The notes under the pieces are model-generated. The model was given only the letters and a program-made list of their open reading frames with translations. It ran no database searches and was not told where the DNA came from. A stretch of DNA of 59,370 nt, filler included. It is 3 parts of 3 records of this genome, joined end to end, with 100 filler letters (N's around TTAATTAATTAA, not from the genome) between each part and the next. Parts side by side here need not be neighbours in the genome. Positions count along the whole stretch, not along the records: positions 1 to 27,872 come from SRR31156797_5394; positions 27,973 to 44,561 come from SRR31156797_5400; 1 more part is not named here. One strand, written 5' to 3'. How positions within the stretch are numbered: the stretch's first letter is position 1; every line of letters starts with the position of its first letter. Below, piece by piece: positions 19,633 through 28,332 of the stretch. The position numbers and the translations under genes are program-made.

Positions 19633-20868
19633 TTAAGCCCAGTCACCATTGCGAAAGACAGGAATCGTGGTGCCATCTTCTCTGATGCCATCGATGGACA
19701 TTTGGTCAGAGCCAACCATGAAATCTACGTGGGTTTGGCTGCGGTTCAAACCAGCAGCTGCCAGTTCTTCTTCACTCATCTCAGTGCCGCCTTGCAAGCT
19801 GAAGGCATAAGCGGATCCTAAAGCCAAGTGGTTTGAGGCATTTTCATCGAACAACGTATTGAAGAAGATGATGCCGGATTGTGAGATAGGGGAAGGATCA
19901 GGAACTAATGCGACTTCACCTAAAGATTTTGCTCCTTCATCGATTGCTAGCAGTTTGCCTAACACTTCTTCGCCCTGTTCCGCAGAAAAGTCCACGACTT
20001 TGCCGTCTTTGAAGGTGAACTTCATCCCAGAGATGATGGTGCCTGCGTAGCTCAATGGTTTCGTACTTGAAATATAGCCATCGATGCGACGATTATCTGG
20101 GGCAGTAAAGACTTCTTCTGTTGGCATGTTCGCCATGAATTTTTCATTGCGGGTATTGTAACTGCCAGCACCTTCCCACAAGTGGTTTTTAGGCAAACCG
20201 ATGATCAAATCGGTACCAGGTGCCGTATAGTGCAGAGCACTGAATTGTTCTTTGTTTAATTCTTCGGCTTTAACTTGCAAGGTTTCATCGTGTTTTTTCC
20301 AAGCTGCGACAGGATCTTCTTCATAGATACGCGTCGTTTTGAAAATTTGATCCCAAAGCTTGTCTTGTGCTTCTTCAGGGGAAGCATCAGGGAATACTTT
20401 TTGGGCCCAATCTTGACCAGCCGCCGCAACCACAGTCCAGCTGACTTTGTTGGCTTGTGTTGCTTGACGCAATTTCATCATCGCTTTACCAGAAGCTGCT
20501 TGGAAGGTTGCCACTCGGTCTGAGTCGACGCCCGCTAACGCATCTGGATTCGCGGAAACGACACTGATACGGCTGGCACCTTTTTCAACCCAGTCTTCCG
20601 TTTGATCAATTTTGTGCTGAGGAATCGTAGACAAACGATCTTCGGCCGCATGAGTAAGAAATTCTTTTTGGATCTCATCGTCGGTCCATTGGACGATTAC
20701 TTCGTCTGCACCTAATTCATACGCTTTTTTCGTTAATAGACGAGCTAAAGGTGCTTGGTCCACGGCGATTTGGATGACGATCGTGTGCCCTTTTTGGACA
20801 TTTACGCCAACTTCAGTGATCAGTTGGGCATATTTTTCAAGGTTCTGATTAAAGTTTGGTAAAACCAT
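19633..20868 (-). CDS. pepS: M29-family aminopeptidase
   Basis: NMPTEEVFTAP, GEVALV, LFDENASNHLALG and SQTHVDFM motifs. Confidence 0.93.
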   Translation of the reverse strand: MVLPNFNQNLEKYAQLITEVGVNVQKGHTIVIQIAVDQAPLARLLTKKAYELGADEVIVQWTDDEIQKEFLTHAAEDRLSTIPQHKIDQTEDWVEKGASRISVVSANPDALAGVDSDRVATFQAASGKAMMKLRQATQANKVSWTVVAAAGQDWAQKVFPDASPEEAQDKLWDQIFKTTRIYEEDPVAAWKKHDETLQVKAEELNKEQFSALHYTAPGTDLIIGLPKNHLWEGAGSYNTRNEKFMANMPTEEVFTAPDNRRIDGYISSTKPLSYAGTIISGMKFTFKDGKVVDFSAEQGEEVLGKLLAIDEGAKSLGEVALVPDPSPISQSGIIFFNTLFDENASNHLALGSAYAFSLQGGTEMSEEELAAAGLNRSQTHVDFMVGSDQMSIDGIREDGTTIPVFRNGDWA

Positions 20869-21099
20869 TAAAATTCCTCCATTTATTCTAAATTTATAAC
20901 TGTCTTCATGATAGCACTAAGTATTTTTGAAAACAAACGAAAAAGTGAGCAAAAAAACAGTGGTCTTCAAATTGAAAAACTGGAAACACTAAGGGCAATA
21001 ATTTTAAAAGTTTTTTTGCAAACTTAAAAAAACATGATACAATAAGTAAAAGGTATTTCTGAAAGCGATGTATAGCAGAATTAAGGAGATTAAAAAATT

Positions 21100-21675
21100 A
21101 TGGCAAGAAAGAAAACTATTACTAGAGACCAGATTTTAAAAGCTGCCTATGAAGTTGTCGCAACCGAAGGATTTACACGTTTTACCGCACGCAATATCGC
21201 AGCGAAGATGAAATGTTCAACGCAACCGATCTACTTAGAATTTAAAAATATGGATGACTTAAAAAATGCATTGATCAATCAGATTTACGACTACTTAGCG
21301 ACAGAAGTTTTTCCAGTTGAAAGACGGGGAGATGTCATCGTTGACTTAACGCTAAATTATATTGGCTTTGCAAATAAAGAAAAACGATTATACCGAGCGC
21401 TATACTTAGAAGAGCATGGTGGTGGGGATTCCATGCAACAGTTTTCATTTGACCTTTTTGTGAAATCAGTGAAAAAAGAACCAAAATATCAAGATCTATC
21501 TGATGTAAAATTACAATCTTTGCACACCGGTGTCTGGATCGTCGCTACTGGCTTAGCGGCATTGATGTCTTCGGGAATCATTCATCCGACAGAAGATCAG
21601 ATTGCTAAGCTGATGACGGAAACCACCGATAATATTTTAGCAAGAGAAACACCCATCGATATCAGTTATCATTAA
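21100..21675 (+). CDS. TetR/AcrR-family regulator
   Basis: N-terminal HTH (FTARNIAAKMKCSTQPIYLEF); upstream promoter TTGCAA-16-TACAAT at 21016-21043. Confidence 0.9.
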   Translation: MARKKTITRDQILKAAYEVVATEGFTRFTARNIAAKMKCSTQPIYLEFKNMDDLKNALINQIYDYLATEVFPVERRGDVIVDLTLNYIGFANKEKRLYRALYLEEHGGGDSMQQFSFDLFVKSVKKEPKYQDLSDVKLQSLHTGVWIVATGLAALMSSGIIHPTEDQIAKLMTETTDNILARETPIDISYH

Positions 21676-21684
21676 GCAAACAAT

Positions 21685-21723
21685 AAACCTCCGGCAGAAT
21701 CAAGTGATTTTGTCAGAGGTTTT
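21685..21723. terminator. Bidirectional terminator between tetR and flavodoxin
   Basis: AAACCTCcGgCAgAATCA..TGATTtTGtCaGAGGTTT between convergent genes. Confidence 0.7.
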
Positions 21724-21729
21724 CTTGTT

Positions 21730-22176
21730 TTATTCAGCGAATGCTTCTGCTAGTTTTTTGGCAAAGGCTTCTAAGTTTTGAATATCGTCTTCTTCTGCAG
21801 CCAAGTCAACTTTGACGCTGTCAGCTCCTTTTGTCGCACCAGTTTTGCTAAAGGCGGCTTCAAAGTCGTCAACCGATTTACAAAAGTCATCATAAAAAGT
21901 ATCACCGGAGCCGCAGACTCCAAAGATTTTGCCGCTTAAATCAAGTTCTTGCAAATCTTCATAAAAATCGACGATCTCATCCGGTAGCTCCCCGTCTCCA
22001 TATGTATACGTTGCGACGATACAGATATCGGCATCTTCAAAGTCATCTGCATCCACTTGGGTACACTCATTCATTTCTACTTCCATGTCAAGATTTTCAA
22101 GGGCTTCAGAAACGATATCCGCAATTTCTTCCGTATTCCCCGTCATGCTTGCATAGACGATTTTTGCTAAAGCCAT
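21730..22176 (-). CDS. Flavodoxin
   Basis: YASMTGNTE, TYTYGDG and GSGDTFY FMN-binding motifs; acidic. Confidence 0.95.
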   Translation of the reverse strand: MALAKIVYASMTGNTEEIADIVSEALENLDMEVEMNECTQVDADDFEDADICIVATYTYGDGELPDEIVDFYEDLQELDLSGKIFGVCGSGDTFYDDFCKSVDDFEAAFSKTGATKGADSVKVDLAAEEDDIQNLEAFAKKLAEAFAE

Positions 22177-22352
22177 GGGCTTTTTCCTCCAATCTCATTC
22201 CTATTCTCAAGGAAAACTCTCTTACAGATTATAGCAAATGCACGAAAGTTTGAAAACAAAACTTGAAAAACTCTTTACAATGTCTGTGAATTTTGTAAAA
22301 TAAGGGATTTCTATGGTAAAATAAGAGGAATTTAATTAAGGGAGACGAGAAC

Positions 22353-23117
22353 ATGATTACATTAAAATCTGCCAGAGAAATTGACCGCATGGCCGAATCC
22401 GGCGCGCTGTTAGCAGATGTCCACAAACAATTACGCAGTTTCATCAAACCAGGTATCACGAGTTGGGATATCGAAGTGTTTGTCAGAGATTATATTGAAA
22501 GCCACGGCGGCATCGCTGCCCAAATTGGTTTTGAAGATTACAAATATGCCACTTGCTGCAGTATCAATGATGAGATTTGTCACGGATTTCCTCGAAAAAA
22601 ACCATTGAAAGACGGCGATCTGATCAAAGTCGATATGTGTATTGATTTAAAAGGTGCCATTTCTGATTCTTGCTGGAGTTATGTCGTAGGGAACTCGACG
22701 CCTGAGATTGATCGATTAATGGAAGTAACCAAAAAAGCGTTGTATCTAGGAATCGAACAAGCGCAAGTGGGCAACCGAATCGGTGACATCGGTCATGCCA
22801 TTCAAACCTATGCGGAAAAAGAAGGGTACGGGGTTGTGCGTGATTTCGTAGGACACGGCATTGGCCCAACGATCCATGAAAGTCCGATGATCCCTCACTA
22901 CGGAGAAGCCGGCAAAGGGTTACGTTTAAAAGAAGGAATGGTTATTACCATCGAACCTATGATCAATACAGGGACGTGGAAAATGAAAATGGATTCTAAT
23001 GGCTGGACCGCCTATACATTAGATGGCGGCTTAAGCTGCCAATATGAACATAGTTTGGCGATCACCAAAGATGGTCCGAGAATTTTAACTTCTCAAGGAG
23101 AAGAAGGAACCTACTAA
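22353..23117 (+). CDS. map: Methionine aminopeptidase type I
   Basis: ICHGFP, GHGIG..IHE, TIEPMIN and QYEH motifs. Confidence 0.96.
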   Translation: MITLKSAREIDRMAESGALLADVHKQLRSFIKPGITSWDIEVFVRDYIESHGGIAAQIGFEDYKYATCCSINDEICHGFPRKKPLKDGDLIKVDMCIDLKGAISDSCWSYVVGNSTPEIDRLMEVTKKALYLGIEQAQVGNRIGDIGHAIQTYAEKEGYGVVRDFVGHGIGPTIHESPMIPHYGEAGKGLRLKEGMVITIEPMINTGTWKMKMDSNGWTAYTLDGGLSCQYEHSLAITKDGPRILTSQGEEGTY

Positions 23118-23197
23118 ATTTTGGTGGTAGGAGACTTCTGATTGTTATGTATGACAAAGAAAAAAAAGGCAGATGATTCGCTGGCGGAGGAAGAAAC

Positions 23198-24121
23198 ATG
23201 AAAATCGTTGATAAAGTAAAAAGCAATCAAAAGCTGATGCGTTTCATCGAAACGACGCAAAATAGAATAACTGATTCAGAAATGGGGACCACTTCGGTCG
23301 TCGTGGCCTACTATTTATTGCTTTCACTTTTCCCGTTAATGATTGCGCTGGGGAATCTTTTGCCTTATTTATCAATTGATCCGAACACGGTTTTATCTTA
23401 TGTACAGGAATTGATCCCGAATCAAATCTATGATTTTATCGGCCCAGCGATCGAAAATCTCCTCACCACAAGCTCTGGTGGATTGTTGTCGATCTCCGCT
23501 TTAGCGGCGTTGTGGTCCGCGAGTCAAAGTATCAATGCCTTGCAAATTGCGATGAACAAAGCCTTCGGTGTGGACCAGCGTTCCAATTTTATCGTGGTGC
23601 GCGCAGTATCATTTGTGATCATCCTGCTCTTTATGATTGCGATCGTTGGGGTTACGATGGTATTTGGGCTTGGAAAAATCATTCTTGATTTTTTGCAGCC
23701 GATTTTTAAGTTTCAAGACAATCTGATCGATACGTTCCAAACAGTCAAATGGCCAGTCACGATCGTTGCTTTGCTGTTTATCATGATGCTGATCTATTGG
23801 TTAGTGCCTAATGCAAAGGTCAAGTTGCGTTCGACTTTGCCGGGGGCGATCTTTGCAACGATTGGCTGGATGTTGCTGTCACAAGTGTTTGGCTTATACG
23901 CCCGTTACTTTGCTGCGAAAATCATTGGCTATCAAATTATTGGAAGTTTTATTGTTTTAATGATCTGGTTGAATCTTGCTGCGACGATTATTATCTTGGG
24001 TGGAATCATCAACGCAGTGGTAGAAGAGTATGTATCAGGACAAGAGATCAAAGAACGAACAGATCCTGTTCAGCGGATTTCTTCGAAAATCGAAGATACA
24101 TTTACCAATAAAGAGAAATAA
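23198..24121 (+). CDS. YihY/virulence factor BrkB family membrane protein
   Basis: AYY.LLSLFP, ALWSAS and Y..IGSFIVLMIWL motifs; multiple TMs. Confidence 0.9.
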   Translation: MKIVDKVKSNQKLMRFIETTQNRITDSEMGTTSVVVAYYLLLSLFPLMIALGNLLPYLSIDPNTVLSYVQELIPNQIYDFIGPAIENLLTTSSGGLLSISALAALWSASQSINALQIAMNKAFGVDQRSNFIVVRAVSFVIILLFMIAIVGVTMVFGLGKIILDFLQPIFKFQDNLIDTFQTVKWPVTIVALLFIMMLIYWLVPNAKVKLRSTLPGAIFATIGWMLLSQVFGLYARYFAAKIIGYQIIGSFIVLMIWLNLAATIIILGGIINAVVEEYVSGQEIKERTDPVQRISSKIEDTFTNKEK

Positions 24122-24140
24122 CGGAAAGCGAGAATAAACG

Positions 24141-25367
24141 ATGGATTTTGCATTCAAATTTGTAATGCGCTTATTTATAACAATGATCGTGTCTTTAATC
24201 CTAACACCGATCATTAAATTGATCTCTTTTAAGATCGGCGCAGTCGATCGACCAGGAGATCGCCGAATCAATACCAAAACAATGCCGACCGCAGGGGGAT
24301 TAAGCATCTTCCTCTCCTTCTCTTTTGCATTGCTTTGGGAATTTCGCGCAATGATTCCCTTTGACTACGTCTGGCCAATGCTTTTAGGGGCAGCTATCGT
24401 CGTAGTTACTGGATTATTGGATGATATCTTCGAGTTGACTCCTATGCAAAAAACGCTAGGCTTGACGTTAGCGGCTTTGGAGATCTATTTTGTTGCCGGC
24501 ATCAAAATCAGTACGGTTTCGATCCCTTATCTGGGGGTTTTTGATTTGGGCTGGCTTGGATTGCCTATGACGATCTTGTGGATTTTGGCGATCACAAATG
24601 CGGTCAACTTGATTGATGGTTTGGACGGTCTAGCGAGTGGGGTCTCCATTATCAGTCTGACGACCATTGGGATCATCAGTTATTTCTTTTTACCAAATTC
24701 AGTTGAAGTACCAATGGTGATCTTTACATTAATTGCCGCAATCGTTGGTTTTTTTCCTTACAATTTTTATCCAGCTACGATTTTTTTAGGGGATACTGGG
24801 GCACTTTTTCTAGGTTTTATGATCTCCGTCTTATCGTTGCAAGGGTTAAAAAATGCGACCTTCATTACAGTGATCACCCCGATGTTGATTTTAGGGGTAC
24901 CGATCACTGATACCGTCTATGCCATGATTCGTAGAAAATTCAATAAGCAAAAGATCTCATCAGCGGATAAAATGCACTTGCATCACCGCTTACTTTCCTT
25001 AGGGTTTACCCATCGAGGAACAGTTTTGACGATCTATGCCTTGGCAATGGTATTTTCATTTATTGCATTATTGATGAATTATGCCAGCAACACAGCAATC
25101 ATTTTACTGATCATCAGTACAGGCTTCGGCATTGAATTGTTTATCGAATTGATTGGTTTGGTTGGAGAAAATCGTCAACCATTGATGTGCGCACTGAAAT
25201 TCCTTGGAAACCGTCGATTCAGGCAAAAAGTCCTCATGGCACGTGCGGAAAAAAGACAAGACAAGCAAGAAGAGGAAAGCGAGGATTTGGATTTGGCTTC
25301 CAGTGCTTCTCAAATCAAAGAAAAGCGACGAAAGAGAAAACATTACCAAGCAAAACACAAAAAATAA
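24141..25367 (+). CDS. tagO: Undecaprenyl-phosphate GlcNAc-1-phosphate transferase (TagO/EpaA/WecA)
   Basis: GLLDD, NAVNLIDGLDGL, IFLGDTG and HLHHRL motifs. Confidence 0.9.
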   Translation: MDFAFKFVMRLFITMIVSLILTPIIKLISFKIGAVDRPGDRRINTKTMPTAGGLSIFLSFSFALLWEFRAMIPFDYVWPMLLGAAIVVVTGLLDDIFELTPMQKTLGLTLAALEIYFVAGIKISTVSIPYLGVFDLGWLGLPMTILWILAITNAVNLIDGLDGLASGVSIISLTTIGIISYFFLPNSVEVPMVIFTLIAAIVGFFPYNFYPATIFLGDTGALFLGFMISVLSLQGLKNATFITVITPMLILGVPITDTVYAMIRRKFNKQKISSADKMHLHHRLLSLGFTHRGTVLTIYALAMVFSFIALLMNYASNTAIILLIISTGFGIELFIELIGLVGENRQPLMCALKFLGNRRFRQKVLMARAEKRQDKQEEESEDLDLASSASQIKEKRRKRKHYQAKHKK

Positions 25368-25653
25368 ACGATACAATTGCGGCATAGGAGCCCAACAGGC
25401 GAAGCGAATGTGATTGATTATTGAAGAAAAGACAGGAGCAGCCAGCGCTTCTCCTAGTACTTTCTCTCACGATCAGCTGACCATGATTCAATCAACCAGT
25501 TGGGCATTCTTGCCGCTTTTTATTTGTGTGAAAACGGCCCGGCATAAAATGAATGCCTACTGAATCCGTCCGTCTTGAATTGACGGATCTAGCCCTTAAC
25601 GGCTATACTTAAAAAGAGTAGCAGACTAAACAAAGAAAGAAGGATATGAACGA

Positions 25654-26640
25654 ATGCCAAATGTGAAACAAACGACCTCAGAAAAAATGGGAACGATTTA
25701 TGAGCTTTCCAATGATAGCGGTACCATCGTAAGGCTGAGTCCCGAAGGCGCACGCTTATTGGATTGGGTCGTTCCAGTAGAAGAAGGCCGCGACATTGTG
25801 GTCGGTTATGATACGATCGAAGGACATCGCCAAGCACGCTATTATGGTGCAACGATCGGTCCAGTAGCGGGAAGGATCGCAGGTACCCGCTTTGAGGTTG
25901 AGGGGCAAGAATACCAAACGGAGGACAATGATGGCGGCAATACGCTTCATGGTGGTTCAAAGGGGCTTGACACGGATATCTGGATCGCTGAAACTTTTGA
26001 GGAAGCAGACAGAGCCGGCGTGATTTTTACTACCTCACGACAAGATGGCGACGGCGGCTTTCCAGGAAATGTTCGTTATCAAGTCACCTATACGTTGACT
26101 AATGACAATGAACTATTGCTTGCATATGACGCTAACACAGACAAAGCGACTTTATTTAACCCAACGAACCACGGTTATTTCAATTTGACAGGTGATACCC
26201 AACAGCCGATCGATGACCACTTGGTTCAAATCAATGCCGAACATGTGGCTGAAACGAACGATGACGTGACGACCACCGGTGAAAAAACGCCTGTCGCAGG
26301 CACAAAGTTTGATTTTAGACAAGAACGCCCAATGGGAACGACCATGTTGGATGATCCATTCTTATTGGATCATGAGCAAGAGTGGGATCTGAAAGTAACC
26401 AGTCCCGATCAAAAAGTGCAGCTGACTGTAACTACTGACCGTCCTGCTGTTGTTATTTACACAACAGGTGAGGGAGAAGCTGGGGCCCCAATGAAGACCG
26501 GTCCTTTTGCCAAACATGGCGGGATGGCGATCGAAACACAAGGTGTTCCTGGCTCTGAGAAATTCACCCACTTTGGTGAGATCGTGCTGCGCCCAGAAGA
26601 ACCCTTCCACTCTGTGACGACGTATCAGGTCCACTTTTAA
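25654..26640 (+). CDS. galM: Aldose 1-epimerase (galactose mutarotase family)
   Basis: GPVAGRI, LHGG, GFPG, NPTNHGYFNL and ETQ motifs. Confidence 0.88.
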   Translation: MPNVKQTTSEKMGTIYELSNDSGTIVRLSPEGARLLDWVVPVEEGRDIVVGYDTIEGHRQARYYGATIGPVAGRIAGTRFEVEGQEYQTEDNDGGNTLHGGSKGLDTDIWIAETFEEADRAGVIFTTSRQDGDGGFPGNVRYQVTYTLTNDNELLLAYDANTDKATLFNPTNHGYFNLTGDTQQPIDDHLVQINAEHVAETNDDVTTTGEKTPVAGTKFDFRQERPMGTTMLDDPFLLDHEQEWDLKVTSPDQKVQLTVTTDRPAVVIYTTGEGEAGAPMKTGPFAKHGGMAIETQGVPGSEKFTHFGEIVLRPEEPFHSVTTYQVHF

Positions 26641-26672
26641 ACGTTGGAACCAAACCATTTTTAACGAAATAG

Positions 26673-26718
26673 AAAAAAGCATTGCCAAAATGCAGAAAGT
26701 TTGGCGATGCTTTTTTTT
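26673..26718 (+). terminator. Terminator after galM
   Basis: AAAAAAGCATtGCCAAA...TTTGGCgATGCTTTTTTTT. Confidence 0.85.
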
Positions 26719-26745
26719 GACAAAATACGATTACAGATGTAAACT
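26717..26745 (+). promoter_or_regulatory. cop promoter with cop box
   Basis: TTGACA-17-TAAACT overlapped by TACAGATGTA (26732-26741), matching the CopY box TACAnnTGTA. Confidence 0.85.
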
Positions 26746-26781
26746 TAAAAATGTGAATCAGTTATGAAAGGAAGTGGACAA

Positions 26782-27228
26782 ATGCAATCAGTGGTCGAAC
26801 CAATCAAAATCAGCGATTCTGAATGGGAAGTCATGCGTGTGATTTGGACATTGGGACAATCCGATGCGAAAGAGATCACCGCTTTGTTAAGCGAAAATAA
26901 AAATTGGAAAGCAGCGACAGTCAAAACGCTTTTAGGACGACTTGTTAAAAAAGGCGTATTGAAAACAGAAAGCCAAGGGAAAAAGTTTGTTTACTCGCCA
27001 CTTGTTTCAGAAGAAGCCACTGTTCGCAGTGCAGCTGAGAATCTTTTTTCTCATATTTGTGCCAAAAAAGTCGGACAAACATTAGCAGAAATGATCCAAG
27101 AAGCAGCATTGACGGCAGAAGATTTGGCGATGCTCCAAGCAGCAGTCGACCAAAAAGTGCCAGTAGCAGCGATTTCGTGTAATTGTATTCCTGGTCAGTG
27201 CCAATGCAAAACCCATGCAACAAAATAA
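26782..27228 (+). CDS. copY: Copper-responsive repressor
   Basis: BlaI-type wHTH ([13 protein letters not shown]) and C-terminal [10 protein letters not shown]. Start 26782 chosen on RBS. Confidence 0.94.
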   Translation: MQSVVEPIKISDSEWEVMRVIWTLGQSDAKEITALLSENKNWKAATVKTLLGRLVKKGVLKTESQGKKFVYSPLVSEEATVRSAAENLFSHICAKKVGQTLAEMIQEAALTAEDLAMLQAAVDQKVPVAAISCNCIPGQCQCKTHATK

Positions 27229-27265
27229 GTAGCCAACAAACTGTTAAAAGAAATGAGGAATAGTA

Positions 27266-27475
27266 ATGAAAAAAAATATGCAAATCAGCGGAATGAATTG
27301 CGCCCATTGTGCCGCAAAAGTTGAAAAAGCCTTAAATGAAGTACCGGGTGTGAAAAAAGCTAAAGTCGACTTGAAAAAAGCTCGTGGGACGGTCAAATTT
27401 GACGAGTCGCAAGTGACAGAAACAGCCTTAATCAGTGCAATAACTGAAGCTGGTTATCAAGGTGTTTTTGAATAA
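27266..27475 (+). CDS. copZ: Copper chaperone
   Basis: GMNCAHC HMA motif; 69 aa; ends AGY. Confidence 0.93.
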   Translation: MKKNMQISGMNCAHCAAKVEKALNEVPGVKKAKVDLKKARGTVKFDESQVTETALISAITEAGYQGVFE

Positions 27476-27593
27476 GCGATGCAAACGCTAAAGTGATAAG
27501 GAGAAAAATCTAGAAAGTCCAGCCGCTTGAAGCTTTTGTATGAAGGCGCAAGACTGTACGGATATTCAGTGAAATAGGAAGGGGAATACTAGG

Positions 27594-27872
27594 ATGAATC
27601 AGAAAAAAACGTCACCTGCAGACAATCGTCAGACGTCAAGCCATCATAGGCATGAACCTAGGAATGAGCAGGATAATAAAGGGCAAGAAGGACTCACACA
27701 CCCACAGGCGGAGGAAGTCCCTGAGCCCCGAAGCCATGAGATGAATGGGGTGGATCATCAATGGGCGACATCAAAACTGCAGGAGCATGAAAGCGCCGAT
27801 AGTAACCATGCTCACATGGATCATGAGGTTTCCAGTATGGACCATAGCCACATGGATCATGAGATGTCTGGC
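27594..27872 (+). CDS. His/Met-rich N-terminus, probably of a CopB-type P1B ATPase (truncated by contig end)
   Basis: HAHMDHEVSSMDHSHMDHEMSG repeats after copYZ; the ATPase core is not visible. Confidence 0.6.
27813..27863 (+). repeat. 36-bp-period coding repeat
   Basis: CACATGGATCATGAG at 27813 and 27849; the contig ends inside the array. Confidence 0.75.
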
Positions 27873-27972
27873 NNNNNNNNNNNNNNNNNNNNNNNNNNNN
27901 NNNNNNNNNNNNNNNNTTAATTAATTAANNNNNNNNNNNNNNNNNNNNNNNNNNNNNNNNNNNNNNNNNNNN
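27873..27972. other. Artificial contig spacer
   Basis: N44-TTAATTAATTAA-N44 (stops in all six frames); composition and taxon change across it. Confidence 0.98.
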
Positions 27973-28287
27973 AAATGGCTTAACCATATAGTCATCTGCC
28001 CCTAATTCTAGACCTAATACTTTGTCAAAAGTTTCTCCCTTTGCAGTCAGCATTATTATAGGCAAATCGCTTGCTTTCCTAATACTTCGACAAACGTCCC
28101 AGCCATCCATTCCCGGAAGCATAATATCTAGTATTACCAGATTAAATGTATCGTTAAATACCTCTACAGCCTCATCACCTCTGACTGCTATAGTCACATG
28201 ATACCCCTCCTTTTCCAGATAGAGCTTTATAAGATGACCAATATTGATATCGTCGTCTACTACGAGAATGCTATATCTTTCACTCAT
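27973..28287 (-). CDS. OmpR-family response regulator (receiver domain, 3'-truncated)
   Basis: ILVVDDD, LDIMLP, MLTAK and GADDYMVKPF motifs. Confidence 0.92.
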
Positions 28288-28332
28288 AGTCCAACCTCCT
28301 TAATAATTTGTATTGTGCATAAGTCTTATTGT

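Noticed and set aside
21056-21075. cre (CcpA) site before tetR (TGAAAGCGATGTAT)
   Set aside because: The right half departs from the consensus and there is no metabolic context to support it.
27917-27928. TTAATTAATTAA palindrome (also at 44606-44617) as a biological repeat
   Set aside because: It is centred in N-runs of identical length and is an assembly linker.
27594-28287. cop genes linked to the response regulator as a copper two-component system
   Set aside because: The genes are on different contigs from different organisms.
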